Below the pieces are notes generated by a model that worked only from the letters and a program-made list of their open reading frames with translations, did not search any database and was not told the origin of the DNA. From Lepidodermella squamata (taxonomy: Eukaryota > Animalia > Gastrotricha), in NCBI GenBank assembly GCA_047495785.1, contig JBLDXI010000045.1:434001-498000 (forward strand): a DNA stretch of 64,000 nt. The letters are read 5' to 3'. Each line of letters begins with the position of its first letter. The stretch's first letter is position 1. Below are positions 31,094 to 44,036 of this stretch, piece by piece. Position numbers and translations under genes: made by a program.

Positions 31094-32173
31094 ATGGAAG
31101 TCGAACAAATAGAGGACACCGAGTACTACGAGGAAGGTGAAGATGATGAAGAAGAAGAGGACGAGAGTGATGATGATGTTGGCTTACTCAAGCCGGCTTT
31201 TGATCTCCAAGCCCTAAAAATTCAAGAGGATGCGATGAAAAATAGCAAGTCTAGAGGGCAGGATTTAGCTGGCCCTCCATCAGACGGCCTCGAATACCTC
31301 CTGCAAGTTAGGTACAAATGAAGAAAATAAAAATTCAAGAACCACGAATAATAAATATTTATATTCGTAGGAAAGAGGCAAGACAAGTGCCTAACGTCGT
31401 TGTTGCAAAATATCTTGGATTCGTTAATGCTCCAGTTCAACCAGCCTCAACTTCTACAGCAGAGCGGCGAGTTGTTGGCGAAGTTCAACGGAAACAACTG
31501 GCTTCATTCGCATCAGCTAGACAAGTAAGCTTCGGAAATATTAAAAACTCCGATCAATTATTGTATCTACCAGATGGTCCTAGACGCCCGATCAAGCCAA
31601 CTAGCCAACGGCACTTTTGTCTCAATTTTAGCCTCAGATGACGAAGACAATGAAGACATGGAAGTCGGCGAAAGCGATGAAAATGAAGAGCGGGCAATCG
31701 AAAAACCAGCCAGTTCTAAACAATCGAAAACAATTTGCGAAAAGCTCGATATTACCAAAAATCAACCGCTCATCAAAACAATGCTAGGCCTCGATCAGGT
31801 AATAAAAAGGCCGCCTTAAAATTCTTTTGATTTTTATCGATTTTTTCAGGACGATTTGGCCGACTTTTTGGACGAATTTGCGGATAAAATCTCTGAACTT
31901 CCTAAACAAACAGATTTCGGCTTTAGTGAAGACGGGGCTTGGCCATTGGGTAGATGGATTTTTTCGTCCCTTGCCGCCGTCGATGAACCTGCCTCAGCCG
32001 AAAATCTCGCTGCAATGCGAAATCTTGCCAAACAATGCATTGAAACGATTCCTGCGTTAAAATGTAAAAACGAGTCTTCCAGCGAGTCGATTCTAGTCGA
32101 TCTCGATATGTTCCTCCTTATTGTTGTTGTTCATTTTAAGCAGCATGACCTCATCGAAATTTGCAATGAATAA
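31094..32173 (+). CDS. GEMIN2: Gemin2 / SIP1 (SMN complex)
   Basis: PPSDGLEYLLQVRKEARQVPNVVVA, QLASFASARQ, LGRWIFSSLAAVDEP, MRNLAKQC, HFKQHDL; three ~50-60 nt introns. Confidence 0.87.
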
Positions 32174-32317
32174 ACGTTAGTGATTGTTATTCAATAAACG
32201 TATGAATGTCCTTGGTTGTCTTAAATCACGTGCCTTGAAGCTAAAACCGCGTGTACTATGAACTGCTCTTATCTCTTTTTTATTATAGGCAACAAGATTA
32301 GATAAGATAGCAAAAAA

Positions 32318-33072
32318 ATGGCTCAACACGGTGCTGTTCAGAAGGAAGAAAAGCAGCTGCATGCACTATTAGACGCAACCCTACAGCATTTAAACAGCTC
32401 GAGAAACACCTTAATTTCCCTCCTATTCAAAATCGAACATGAGCCGCAATCTTGCGATTGGTAAGGAGTAGAAACAACAACGTCTTCCTTAAATATATTC
32501 CGGATTTTTTCAGGTCAAGTATTTTGGACAACGTGGCCCTGGTTTATACGCAAATTACAAATTTGATGCGACAATTGAAGTCCGACAAAATTCCGGTGTT
32601 GAAAAATATTGATTTTCTACCCGTCGCGCTTTCAGTCGGCGATCCTGAGCTTGAAAAGCTATGCGAGGGTCGTTTAATGGCACTGGACCAGGAAACTTTG
32701 CCGAATTACCTTCGAACCCGGCCGGAGCGAGATGTGGAAAATTACCTTAAGGATGGCTTGCCAAAATTACAGGCGAATCCTGAAGTTCTCCAGCGAAATA
32801 TCGCGCATATGAACAAGGCGATTGGTCATATTAGCGAGACAATTTCAGCGGCGAAAGCTGCGTCGAAGCAGCGTGAAATCGCGGCGGGCGATGCGGGCGA
32901 AACGTGGTCGAACCCACAGGAAACAATGGCTCTACTAGCCGCGGTCGGCTCGGGGGTTGATTTGATTCCAGCTAGTCGCCTGCCACAGGCGCCGCAAATG
33001 CAGCCGCAAATGCAAGTCGCCGCCCCAGTTCAGCCTCAACAGCAAATTCGCGTGAATTTAAAATATAACTGA
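32318..33072 (+). CDS. MED8: Mediator subunit 8
   Basis: QKEEKQLHALLDA...KIEHE...W|SSILDNVAL...KIPVLKN...EGRL...LPNYLRTRPERDVE matches MED8; intron 32461-32513. Confidence 0.92.
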
Positions 33073-33174
33073 AAAATTGTCTCAACAATTCTTACTTCAC
33101 TTCTTTCACGTTTTTCTCTGGATTAATGAAAATTGAGAATGTTTACTTCGTTTTTTAGTTCTGTTATACAAAAA

Positions 33175-34363
33175 ATGATGAAAATGTTGGCCATTTTCTT
33201 GTTGGGCTTGGTTGCTGCCACGTCGGCCGATGAACAGGCAGCCGCTGGTCCGATTCCCGTTGTTCTTTGGCACGGAATGGGTGATAGCTGTTGCAATCCG
33301 ATGAGCATGGGCTCAATCAAGAAAACCATCGAGCAAAATGTTCCCGGCGTTTATGTTCTCTCGATTCGAATTGGCGATTCTGAAAGCGCTGATGTCATGA
33401 ATTCTTTCCTTATGGACGTCAATAAACAGGTTGGTGTAAAATTGTTACTTGCAAATTATTCCAATTTAATTTGAGAAAAATTTCAAAAAATCAATAAATT
33501 TCTTTATTTTTTTAATTATTTTTAATTAGGTTGACATGGTTTGTAAGCAACTGGCCGCTGATGCTACCATTGTCGCGGCTGGAAAATACAACGCAATCGG
33601 ATTCTCGCAGGGTGGCCAATTCCTGCGTGCCGTCGCCCAACGCTGCTCGACCCCGCAAATGAATAACCTCATTTCGATCGGCGGCCAGCACCAGGTTGGC
33701 GAAAATTTATTGAAAAATAAGTTCGCTAATTTTAAGCCAACTTCAAACTTCTGATATAGGGTGTCTACGGCCTGCCTAAATGCCCAGGCGATGACGTTAA
33801 GATGTGCGATTACGTTCGTGAAATGCTCAACAAGGGCGCTTACATTCCGTTCGTTCAAAATTCGATCGTTCAAGCGCAATACTGGCACGACCCATTGGAT
33901 GAGAAGACGTACGTTAGCAAGAGCAAATTTTTGGCCGATATCAACCAGGAGCGTACTGTCAACCCGCTCTACAAGGCCAATTTCGTCCGCCTCAGCAATT
34001 TTGTTCTCGTCAAATTTTTGAAAGACTCGATGGTCCAGCCGCGTGATTCTGAGGTTCGTAAAAAAATCTCAATTATCCGCGCCGTAATTTGATCAAATAT
34101 TTTTCTAGTGGTTCGGATTTTACGTTGCCGGGCAAGCTAAAGATGTTTACAACTACACCCAGGGCGCATTGTACCAACAGGTTATTTTTCGATATAATTT
34201 ATTATCGATTTTCTCGAAAATCAATTTTTTGAAGGATACCATTGGCCTAAAGACGCTAGACCAGCAGGGTAAGGTTAAATTCCTCTCTGTCGACGATGAT
34301 CATCTACGCTTCAGCGACGAATGGTTCATCGACAACATCATCAATCCATACCTGAAAAATTGA
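33175..34363 (+). CDS. PPT1: Palmitoyl-protein thioesterase 1, copy a
   Basis: Signal peptide; [59 protein letters not shown]; four introns. Confidence 0.96.
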
Positions 34364-34602
34364 GGTCATGGTCGAAAACTGATTGAAGTTATTTGATTTT
34401 TTTGTTTCCGGTTGTGAGTCAAACACATCATTTTCACGGGCGATGACTCATCAAATTGAGATCGATCAATATTAATTTGTGATTTTTTCGCGAAGCCAAT
34501 TTTATTTGATTTTATCACTTGCAAGTAAAATTTTGAAAATCTTTCCTTAAATTTGAAAATTTATCTTTTAATTAGGTTAGACTTAGTTACTAGAATTTAG
34601 CC

Positions 34603-35606
34603 ATGCTCACTAGACTGGCCGTAGCTCTGGTAGCCATGACGGCTCTAACCTTAGCCGATCCGACCCCAGTAGTATTATGGCACGGCATTGACGATTCATG
34701 CTGCGAAAAAGGAATAGGCCGTTACGCTGATGTGATAGCTAAAAATGTACCCGGAGTCCATGTTATTTCGATTCGAATCGGCGATAACGAAAAAGAAGAC
34801 CATATTCATTCAATCTTCGATAACATGAGTAAACAAGTAAGTTAATTTGCCACAAAAAAATCGATAATTTTTCAAATTAATTTCAAGGTGGACGAGGCTT
34901 GTGATGTAATTGCTTCAGATCCAAAAATTGTCGCAGCTGGTAAATACAACGTTATAGGATTTTCTCAAGGCAATCAACTAGTTCGAGGCGTTATTCAGCG
35001 ATGTACCAAAGCCCCGCCTCCTCACAATTACATATCCATCGGCGGGCAACATCAGGGTGTCTACGGCGTGCCAAAATGCCCGGCCGATACGTCGAAGCCG
35101 TGCGACTGGCTTCGCAAGGCTATCAGTAAAGCTGCTTACATTTCACTGCTGCAAAAAAGCGTCATGCCCGCTCAATACTGGCACAATCCGTTGGACGAAG
35201 AGGCGTATCGGACCAAAAGTCAATATCTTGCCGATTTGAACCAAGAAGTCGCCGTAAACCCGTTGTATAAGGCAAATTTCGAACGTTTAAGTAACTTTGT
35301 TATGGTCAAATTCCTGCGAGATACTGTTGTTCAGCCAATAGAAAGCGAGGTAATTTTTTTTATAATCTTCAATTATTTTAAAATGATTTTTTTCAAAATT
35401 TTCAGTGGTTCGGATTTTACACTCCTGGTCAAGATAAGACAACGTACAACTACACTCAGAGTGATTTATATAAAGAAGATCGGCTTGGTTTGAAGAAGTT
35501 GGACCAACTAGGCCGGTTGCGGTTCCTATCAGTCGACGACGATCATCAACAATTTAGCGACGAATGGTTCATCAACTACGTCATCGATCCTTATTTGAAA
35601 GATTAA
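34603..35606 (+). CDS. PPT1: Palmitoyl-protein thioesterase 1, divergent tandem copy b
   Basis: Signal peptide; WHGIDDSCC, GFSQGNQLVR, GGQHQGVYGVPKC, PAQYWHNP, DTVVQP, DHQQF; two introns. Confidence 0.93.
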
Positions 35607-35749
35607 TTTAATTTGTTGCAGCTTGCATTCAATTTTATTTTCTTTAATTCCACCTCGGTGCTAAAAATTGGTTATGTTGTATTTCCGGTTTTGAATTCGA
35701 TTTTAATCTAACGTATCGTGTTTTTTTCTAGCGATTTTTAAATGATGAA

Positions 35750-38092
35750 ATGAGTGAAGTTGCGTCGTCTCTATCTTCGCCCCTCAGCCGTGAGCAATTG
35801 AAGCAGAATAGCCCTACGCTTAGCCTGCTTCGAAATACGGTTTTCGCGCGATGGGACAGCGTAACTGGCCCGACTGTTGTTCGAGCATGGCCAGAATTGG
35901 CTCAGGCCGGAAGCCAATTCGCCGGAGATCCGAGTCTAGCGACCGAACCGACCGTTCTAACGAGTGAAATCGCTCGATTCATTGCTAGAAATTGCCTCAC
36001 AGCCGAGGTAAAATTTCAAATTTTGAATAAGCTCCGAGTTAACGTTCAACATTTTGAAGGTCACGAATTCTTCGAGTTTCGGTAATAGGGTGAATTCTAG
36101 AATTTTTACCGTTCCCGAAATCGGCCTGGTCGCCTATGCCCTGGTTTTTGCATGTGTGCCGTTGAAAGAAAAACCACGAGTAAATCCCCGCCGCCCATCA
36201 GCCCCGGTTGTTTTCCTACCAACATCGAACTCCAGCGGTTACGAACAGCTATTCGCCTGGTTTTTCCTCTTCGATGCCGCTATCACGCGAGTCATTGAAA
36301 TGCGAACCGTGTTGGAAGAAACGCTGCTGTCGCGTTATATCTATATGCTTCGCGTGTCTCTGGCAAGGGGCCTGGAAACAGATACTCGGGAACTGGTTTC
36401 AGCCCTGCCCCAGCCGCTTATGGAACAGCTCGATTCGCATGCTGTTTCTTATGAGAAACTCTTCAGCGCATTCGGCCTCTGCATTTTACTACCGGCCATA
36501 AGAGTTCGTTTCTTATTACGTTATTCAATATTTTTAGAACCCTAGCCTAAAATTTGGGAAAATAAATTTCATTACCCAGCTCTACAATTCCTTAGACCAT
36601 GCGCTATCAAATTTAGTTTTTCACAGTGGCTCAAATTTAAAAATTTGTTCAACATTATTAAAAGCTCAAGATTTCAATTTTTGAGATTTTTCAATTTTAG
36701 GGGAGAAAATTGAGAAGTTTCAAGCCCAGGTAATCTAAAATGGAGAATTACTGCAGAAATGCTGGAATCAATTTCTGTGATGGGAACAATTAATTGCTAG
36801 AATCCAAATTTTTAGTGGTCCAAAATGATCCTCCGAAATTAAAATATCCAAGCCTTCACTTTGAGTCATGGAAATTTAAGTTCCGGCTATTTTCATGTGT
36901 TCAAGTCGGTTAGTAATAATAATTGTATTTTATAGTTCAAATCTACGTTTTTCGCCGTGAATCGCGAGGCGTCGCAGTCAATAAGCGATGACAGCAGCCC
37001 AGTCGCGAGAGAAGAGCAGAATCTTACGTCCAATTCAAGCGAACAACCCGGTCAAATACCGCACGGTAAATCAGGCTGGTTCCGCGGTAACAACAGCCCA
37101 GATTCGGCTGAAATCGCATCAAATAACATCGAACAGCAATTTATTCGCCGATCAATCGCAGCGTTTCTCGCATCAGGCGGCCGTGCGCTTATCCTGGGCC
37201 AATCGTCGAAATCTGTCAACACCCTGGTACATACCTTAGCCATGTTTCTACCCTTACATTGCCGGCGGCTGTGTCGAGTGGCGGCTGCGAAGCCGAATGA
37301 AACATTTCTGCCGGGTTTCTACGTCCAGGGGCTAGTCGGAGCGCCGTATCCGACCGGGACTGAACTGCTGATGTCACCCCATGCTTTGGCTATAATAAAC
37401 ACCCATGATAGGACGGTTTGCCGTACCCCAATTCCGGCTAAACACCGCATGGCAGCTGCTGCGTTCACTGCGGCGCGTATTCGGGACGCGTTTCGGGGTG
37501 TTTTAGAGGAGGAAGATGCGACTACAACGTCTCTAGGCACCCTGCCACTGACTGATAACGTGCCCGATGAATCTATTGTTGGAGATTTTCTGATTAAGGT
37601 GAGAATTTTAACAATTTTTTTGAAAAATCTCAACTGTGATAAAATGAGAATTAATTACATAAAAAAGGAAAAATTTCGAAATTTCACAATTTTTGTTTCA
37701 TTTAATTTGTAATTAAAATTAAAATAAATATTTTTTGAATCGAAATAATCAATTATTTCAATATTTAAATTTAATTTAATTTTGCCATTTTTTAGCTGGC
37801 TATGTGCTCACCCTATGATAACGCGAATAGGCAGCGATTTGTCGAATCGACCGTGGCTGATTTTTATACACGAGCTTTCTGCCTGGTTCAACTCGTCCAG
37901 CGGTCCCTTGAACAAGCCGCTTCCAAGCCACAACAGGACGAGAAACCCGCCCCTGGTGCAATACTAACCCGCCGTGAAATCGCGAAATTGTTAGACTTGC
38001 GAAAATCTGACGGCGATTTATCGGTTTTGACTGGCCTGGGCGAGTTGCTACAGCCTGGATTTTCAGACCTGCTGGAACGCTGCCCACCTTAA
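35750..38092 (+). CDS. C9orf72: C9orf72 (DENN-like) homologue
   Basis: TVFARWDSVTGPTVVRAW ~ ATFAYWDNILGPRVRHIW; IARFIARNCLTAE ~ ITFLANHTLNGE; RIFTVPEIGLV ~ KFFVLSEKGVI; VNTLVHTLAMFLP; PGFYVQGL; terminal ELLQPGF. Confidence 0.85.
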
Positions 38093-38546
38093 AACGGAAC
38101 AAATTTATATTTATTGTCAGTAATTATTTCGGATATTTATGCCCAAAATTCTTAGTTTTTTAGCTATTCCAAGTTCCGATTGGATTGATGAATAAATATA
38201 TGTATCGATTTCCTTCACTTCGGATCAACAAGTTTCAAGCCGAGTGAAGTTGCTATCGCTGCGCTTCGAGTAATTTTATCTTGTATTACACCACCTATCG
38301 TCTTTCACGTTCGATTTACATCGGCAAATGTGGCGTCGATAATGAATAAAGCTGTTCTTACACATATTTCCAGTGTTGTTGTTGTTGGATTTCTTCATTG
38401 ATAGATGCGTATATTCCTTTCAGATGAAAGCCTTATAACGTGGATATGCAAGATATCTCATCTTGAGTATTATAGTGCCCCCGTTTCAGCTGACTAAAGA
38501 CGCCGGCGCAGCTGAACAGCCCGCCTACGCATCTATTTACGTACCA

Positions 38547-38618
38547 TCCCTGATGGTCTAGTGGTTAGGATTCCGCGTTCTCACCGCGGCGGCCCGGGTT
38601 CGATTCCCGGTCAGGGAA
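38547..38618 (+). tRNA. tRNA-Glu(CTC)
   Basis: TCCCTGA/TCAGGGA acceptor stem, TGGTCTAGTGG A box, anticodon arm CCGCG-TTCTCAC-CGCGG, GGTTCGATTCC B box, followed by a T run. Confidence 0.96.
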
Positions 38619-38638
38619 TTTTTACTACTATTCAAAAT

Positions 38639-39015
38639 GGGTCCCCCACAGAGCAGCAGGCTTCAAAGCAGGGAAAACGCACTAAACAGTCCTCTCAGCA
38701 GGCGCTCAGGCTTAGCCTCTGATTTTCAACCAATGGACTAACATGATGGTCAGCTATCCTAGCTTTTCACACCAAAAATTGAGGAACATAAGTCATCAAA
38801 ACTCCGTAATGTAACTCAGACCTCACTTTAGTCGAAAAAGTCGTTTTTCGAAATTTTTTCAAAATTCATAAGCCGGACTACTAAAGTTATGATGAGTTCA
38901 TGTTCAGAAAACTACGCCGAATTTTATCGTAATTAATTCGATTTATTGTTGCGTGGCGTTTGCACCGCTTTTTGAGTTTATCCTGCTTTGAAGCCTGCTG
39001 CTCTGCAGGGGACCC
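38639..39015. mobile_element. Mutator (MULE)-type MITE
   Basis: ~35-bp TIRs GGGTCCCC..CAGAGCAGCAGGCTTCAAAGCAGG; perfect 9-bp TSD ATTCAAAAT at 38630-38638 and 39016-39024. Confidence 0.9.
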
Positions 39016-39071
39016 ATTCAAAATATCTATGGTTTGGTCATAAGTTTCGTGCCAGAATTACCTGACACCCA

Positions 39072-39133
39072 GGTTCCGCAGTGTAGTGGTTATCACACAG
39101 AGAAGGTCACAGGTTGGAACCCCGCCGGAACCT
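39072..39133 (+). pseudogene. tRNA-Val-derived pseudogene lacking the anticodon arm
   Basis: GGTTCCG/CGGAACC acceptor stem, Val-type GTGTAGTGGTTATCAC D arm and AGAAGGTC variable loop; only 62 nt; T loop mutated (GGTTGGAAC); no downstream T run. Confidence 0.8.
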
Positions 39134-39435
39134 CGCTATTGTTCCGTCGTTAGTGGCTAAAAGGAATATAGAATCACGGAATAATATCTTTCGTAATTTT
39201 GGAGCCTTGTAGAACTACTCTGGCTTTTGTCCATCTGAGAAATACAAAATGAGAACAACAACATCCACTTCGGGAGTCTTCTACATCGCGTAAATGAATG
39301 CTGTTAAGTTCATCTTGCTTTTATTATTCTGGGGGTGAGCTTTCATCTTTATTCAAGAAAAAAATTGAGTTAATAATTTATCAGCCAGGTGACTCCATTT
39401 TTTGGACTGTAAATTGACGTAATTTATTTACTAAG

Positions 39436-40579
39436 CTACTCCTGAGCAATCACAACCATCGCGTGCGTAGATTGCCGTCCTGGAGGCATTAACTTTGTCA
39501 ACCCTCCATTTTTGAATCTGTTCAGATGATATAAATTCGATCAAATAAGCCTGTCTTCAAAAAAAGAAAAGTCTTACATTAAATATCCTATTAAAGCTAC
39601 GGTGATCAGCAGCAGGATACCCATAATGCAAACTGTGACTAGAAGACCCAGGGCAGTCGAAGTCAAGCCATCGCCATCTATTGGCGTAGTAGTTTCAGGT
39701 AACGCCATGCATTCGCTAGCTGTGGTATTCGTGTTGATAGAGTTCATCGAAGCATCGTTGCAGAAACTGCCGCAACATGTACATCGAGTGCTAACATTGT
39801 CAGTGTACGACATGCCGCACTGCTTGCCAGGTGGGGTGGCGCATCCCCAATAATATTTCGAAATCCAAGGATCCGAAGCTTGTTGCCGGTCAACAAACGA
39901 CTTCTTCTACAATCACAGAAAAATCAACAGAGTGTCTTATCAAGGTTTCAAAAGGAAATTACGTAGCAGGCCTGGTCTTTGGTGCATAAGACGTTTCTAG
40001 CACCGCCAGGTATCTCTGGATTCGTCTGAAAAAATTGATAATCTCTCGCTAAAAATCTGCTTTGGGGATTCTTACAGTAACATCAACTCCGTAGCACTGT
40101 TGCGTGAACTTCGGCTTGTCATTGCATCGATTATCGAACTCTTTTCCATTGCATAGGTGACCACAGCAGGTGCAGTATCGCCTGTAAACGATTTGATTCC
40201 GATTTGTTAACCTTTCATTAGCCGCATCGGTAGTTTCGTAAACGTCACCGCACTTCAGCTGGTAAGATGTCATATCTGGTGCATAGTTGGCACACTTCCA
40301 TTCGAAACCGATCGAGGATGAGTTCAAGGTTCCGTCCAGATCGTAGGTCTCCACATAAGTATACGTTTTCTGTTATAAGGCTGATTATATTAGCTCTACT
40401 CGCTATTACAATAGAATGCATACCAAACAAACAGAATTCTGGGAATAGCAATGACTGGCGAAATTTGGCAACTTTCCGTCGACGTTGTTGAACCCCGATG
40501 CCATGAAACAAGAAAGCGTATCGCTTGATACCAAGCCAGCCATGTGATACATCGCTAGAAGAGATAGTAATACAGTCAT
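39436..40579 (-). CDS. Type I membrane protein with two Ly6/uPAR-like Cys-rich domains, copy B
   Basis: Signal peptide MTVLLSLLAM; two domains ending CTCCGxxCN; Thr-rich stalk; TM LGLLVTVCIMGILLLITVALIGYL; short tail; several ~50-nt introns. Confidence 0.75.
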
Positions 40580-40639
40580 TTTTTAACCCACCCTAAAATC
40601 AAGAAGACAATCAGATAGATTCCGGTTTAATCTTCAATG

Positions 40640-41746
40640 CTAAAAGTTAGAAACACTCAGCTGAGGTTCCGGCATTGCATTTTGTCGAAATCTCCTAAAC
40701 CTGATGGGAGAGGAGTTCATATCAGGGACTTGAAGGGTATTCAATCGAAAACTTACGCTACAGCCAAGAAGGCTACTGAAGCTGCCAATAAGATGAAAAC
40801 CACAACAGTAACGCTGATCAGTGCGATCTCAGTTTCCGTCAAATCGTCCGATCCTGATGGTGGTTGCTGCGTCGTAATAATAGGCTGGGTCGAGTCGCAT
40901 TCTTCGATTGTTGTGTTGAGGTCAAACTTGTCCATAGCCTCTCCGTTACACATATCCCCACAACACGTACATCTCGTGTTAATTTTGTCGGAATAAGGCG
41001 ATCCGCACCGATTACCTGGCGGAGTTGCACAACCCCAATAGTAGCGCTGAGGAGGGTCAAAGTTGCTTATCCTCCTAGTACTCCATTTTTTCTTGAATTC
41101 AATCCAATCTCAAGTCTAATAGCAAATCGTTTAGTCTGTAACTTACATAACAAGCCTGATTTTCAGTGCATGGTACTTCTATTGCTTTCTCCTTTGGTAG
41201 AATAGGCTCACTGACGTAATCACTATCCCGATTTCCAACTCCAGCTCCAAGACAGGTTTGATTGAAAACGGGAGGGTCATTGCAGGCCCCGTCGAGATTT
41301 CCGTTACACAGATTCCCGCAGCAAGTGCAGTATCTCGTGTAAACACTTTGATTGGCATTAACCTGAGGGTCCTTGTAGACTCCATCAGTGTTTTCGAAAA
41401 CATCACCGCACTTCAGTTGATATGCACTCAAGTCGGGGATATTGCTGGCGCAATTCCAAGAAAATTCAATTTTCACACGATAGATTGATCCATCTTGATT
41501 GTAAGTAGTCGTGTTGCGATAGTATTTCTGTTTTAAAAAATAACGAATTTATCAAAGAGTCAAGTTTTGAGACGAATTCAATACAAAGCAAAGCCCCTGG
41601 GCAGCATAACAACTTGATCGCAAGTCAGGTAAACTAGACTGATCACTCCATGCCATGTGACAGGACTGAGAGTTCACTCCGGAAATCAAAATCAACCCAT
41701 AAATTAGGGTGCAAATTTCAGCAAAAAAGTTCGAGACAAAAGCCAT
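40640..41746 (-). CDS. Type I membrane protein with two Ly6/uPAR-like Cys-rich domains, copy A
   Basis: Paralogous to copy B (YQLKCGDVFE / YQLKCGDVYE, RYCTCCGNLCNG / RYCTCCGHLCNG, QACY); N-terminal hydrophobic segment; TM IALISVTVVVFILLAASVAFLAV. Confidence 0.75.
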
Positions 41747-42177
41747 TTTGATGCTAAGCAGAATAGCCTCGTAAATGAAAGTAATTTAAGGTGGTTATCT
41801 CTATCTCTAATTTTTTGCGCGATAGACAACGCAATATTTAGCTTTATCTCTTGTTATCTTTTTTCTGTGTTCTGTGTGCCTGCTTCAGATCTGTTTCTTG
41901 CGGTCATCATCGTGAAACTCGATTACTTTGAGATCAGAGGATCCTTCTACACACTGGAAACCCAACTGGAAGACGCACTGGAATAGCATGAATAATGCAC
42001 ATAGTTGCTTGCTGTTGAATTTCACTTTGCACCCACGTTGTTTTGGAACTAACCATAAGGCTAAATGAAACTAACTTACGTCACGCCCCCTCCACACGCC
42101 TTGCTTAATTACTCAACTCGAGGAACAAAAAGCGCTTGCAGTTGTTTGTTTTCCTCAAAGCCTCTTGAATTTAAAAA

Positions 42178-43279
42178 ATGAAGCTCCTACTCTGCCTGCA
42201 ACTTGCTATTATCCTTATCACTGTTTTTGCAGCTGAAATATATGCAGTAGCTCCACTCTATGGAACATGTGACCCTAACTCAAAAAACGCTACCTGTGGC
42301 CGAAATGCAGAGTGCGTCCAGGTTCCAGGGTGCTCAATGGGTGTCTGCAGGTGCCGCGATTCAAAAGATCGCCGGTTTTACGCAACATCCAACGGAATTG
42401 ACTGCGAGGGAATTCTAGCTCTAGGGGCTAATTGCTCAGGTATCGCTGGGTCCTCAGCCCTACCGCTTCGTGCTGAATGCGACTCAACTGGTACCGTGGT
42501 TTGTGAGGCTAATCTCGAAAAAAAGGGCGACTACGAATGCGTCGCGCCGTCTACGTGGATTCGAATGCCTGGCCTGGCGTGTAAATTGAATTCTACAACA
42601 GACTGCAATCCGCTGCTTGGCCTCGTTTGTTCGCCGCCGTCCAATAAATGCGCGTGTTTGCGCGGCACAACTTGGAAGGCCGACAAGTGTGAGACGACTT
42701 CGTCCGACCTCGAGTGCCGCTCTCACAATGATTGCCGATTTGGCTACGGCGAAAATGCTGTCTGTTTACACAACGCCCGCTGCATGTGTGGTGCCGGATC
42801 GACACCGGTTATGTACGCCCAGCTGAGCAACGATAATCAACGCAAATTTTTCATTAATCATTACTGCGCCCCAGGTAATAACCAACTTTTTTGCCAAAAT
42901 AGGAAAAAATCAAAGAGTTTAGATACCTTAAAAAATCCAGCTTAATAATAATAATATTTTGCTGTAAATTAATTTCAATTTTCAATTAATTTAATTAATT
43001 TTTTAATTTTTTGTGAATTAAGTTTTAATTTTTCTAATTTTTCCAGAACGAAGCATTTTCAGTGCCCTGAACCAAAACTGCACCGTCCCAGGATTCCCGA
43101 CTGGTCCTAAGGAGTTCTGCGGTAAATCTCTAGTTTGTCATCACTGCCCAGAATTCGGCTTGATGCCTGAGATGGGTCGGTGTTTGAACCTGACGAGCAC
43201 TCAATATGCGCCAGTTCGATCGAAAATTTACACAGCTGTAACTGCCGAAGGAATGTGCGCCGAAAACCGAGTTAATTGA
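42178..43279 (+). CDS. Secreted Cys-rich protein with EB/EGF-like modules
   Basis: Signal peptide MKLLLCLQLAIILITVFAA; repeated CxC-containing modules (CGRNAEC...CRC, NAVCLHNARCMC); phase-1 intron 42874-43046 continues the frame to TGA 43277-43279. Confidence 0.75.
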
Positions 43280-44036
43280 ACAGCGCCTTGGAAAAATAAT
43301 AAAAACAGTCATTTCTTCTTGCCACTCAGCTTTTATTCATTATCATAATATCGTTTTTTGTGTTGATTTTCATTTAGATTTTGTATTCAGCCGTACACGT
43401 TTCGCTAAGTATAAGAAGATCGGGTTTTCACAGCACTATCAATAAGATGATGAGAGAAGCCTACGTAGAAGTTTGGCTAAAACAAGACTGGCGGAGGGTA
43501 GTGAGTAGCAACTCAATGACGATTATTTTGATGCGATAACGACAGCAAATCTTTTTTCTATATATCTGAGGAGAGAAATAATTCATGTGCGCTACAACTG
43601 CAATCACACGCTCATAAAGGTTTTACGTCATCCCAATCGAAAAAGGTTCACAGTATTTTGTTTTCACTCACATCAGAGGTTTGAATAGAACAAGGTGATG
43701 AAAAACGCGGCTACCTCTCGCAAAAAATTGGTATTCAATTCACGTGATAATATCTCAGGTAATATCAGGATGATTATATATTCGCCACGCTTCACTGAAT
43801 CGCAACAAAATAATGATGATTAGGCATCACTCACGCACAGTATTATTATTATAAAGGAGAATTTTCGTATGACGATTTTACGCGACATCAAAAACTCAGG
43901 CTTTTTATAGGGCTACGGCGCGAAACGATAACAAAGCCAAATGTTTATATAATAAGCAGATCGCATATCAGATTTCATCTCAGCCAAAAATCAATTTTTG
44001 ATATTATCGAATTTTTTTAATACTTTTATACGATAA

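Noticed and set aside
36701-36729. 29-nt micro-exon in a C9orf72 intron
   Set aside because: It would shift the frame, and the flanking exons already join in phase 0; no support without RNA data.
43480-43510. miR-71-like site (GGGTAGTGAG 3' match)
   Set aside because: The seed is mismatched and it lies beyond the first AATAAA of the predicted transcript.
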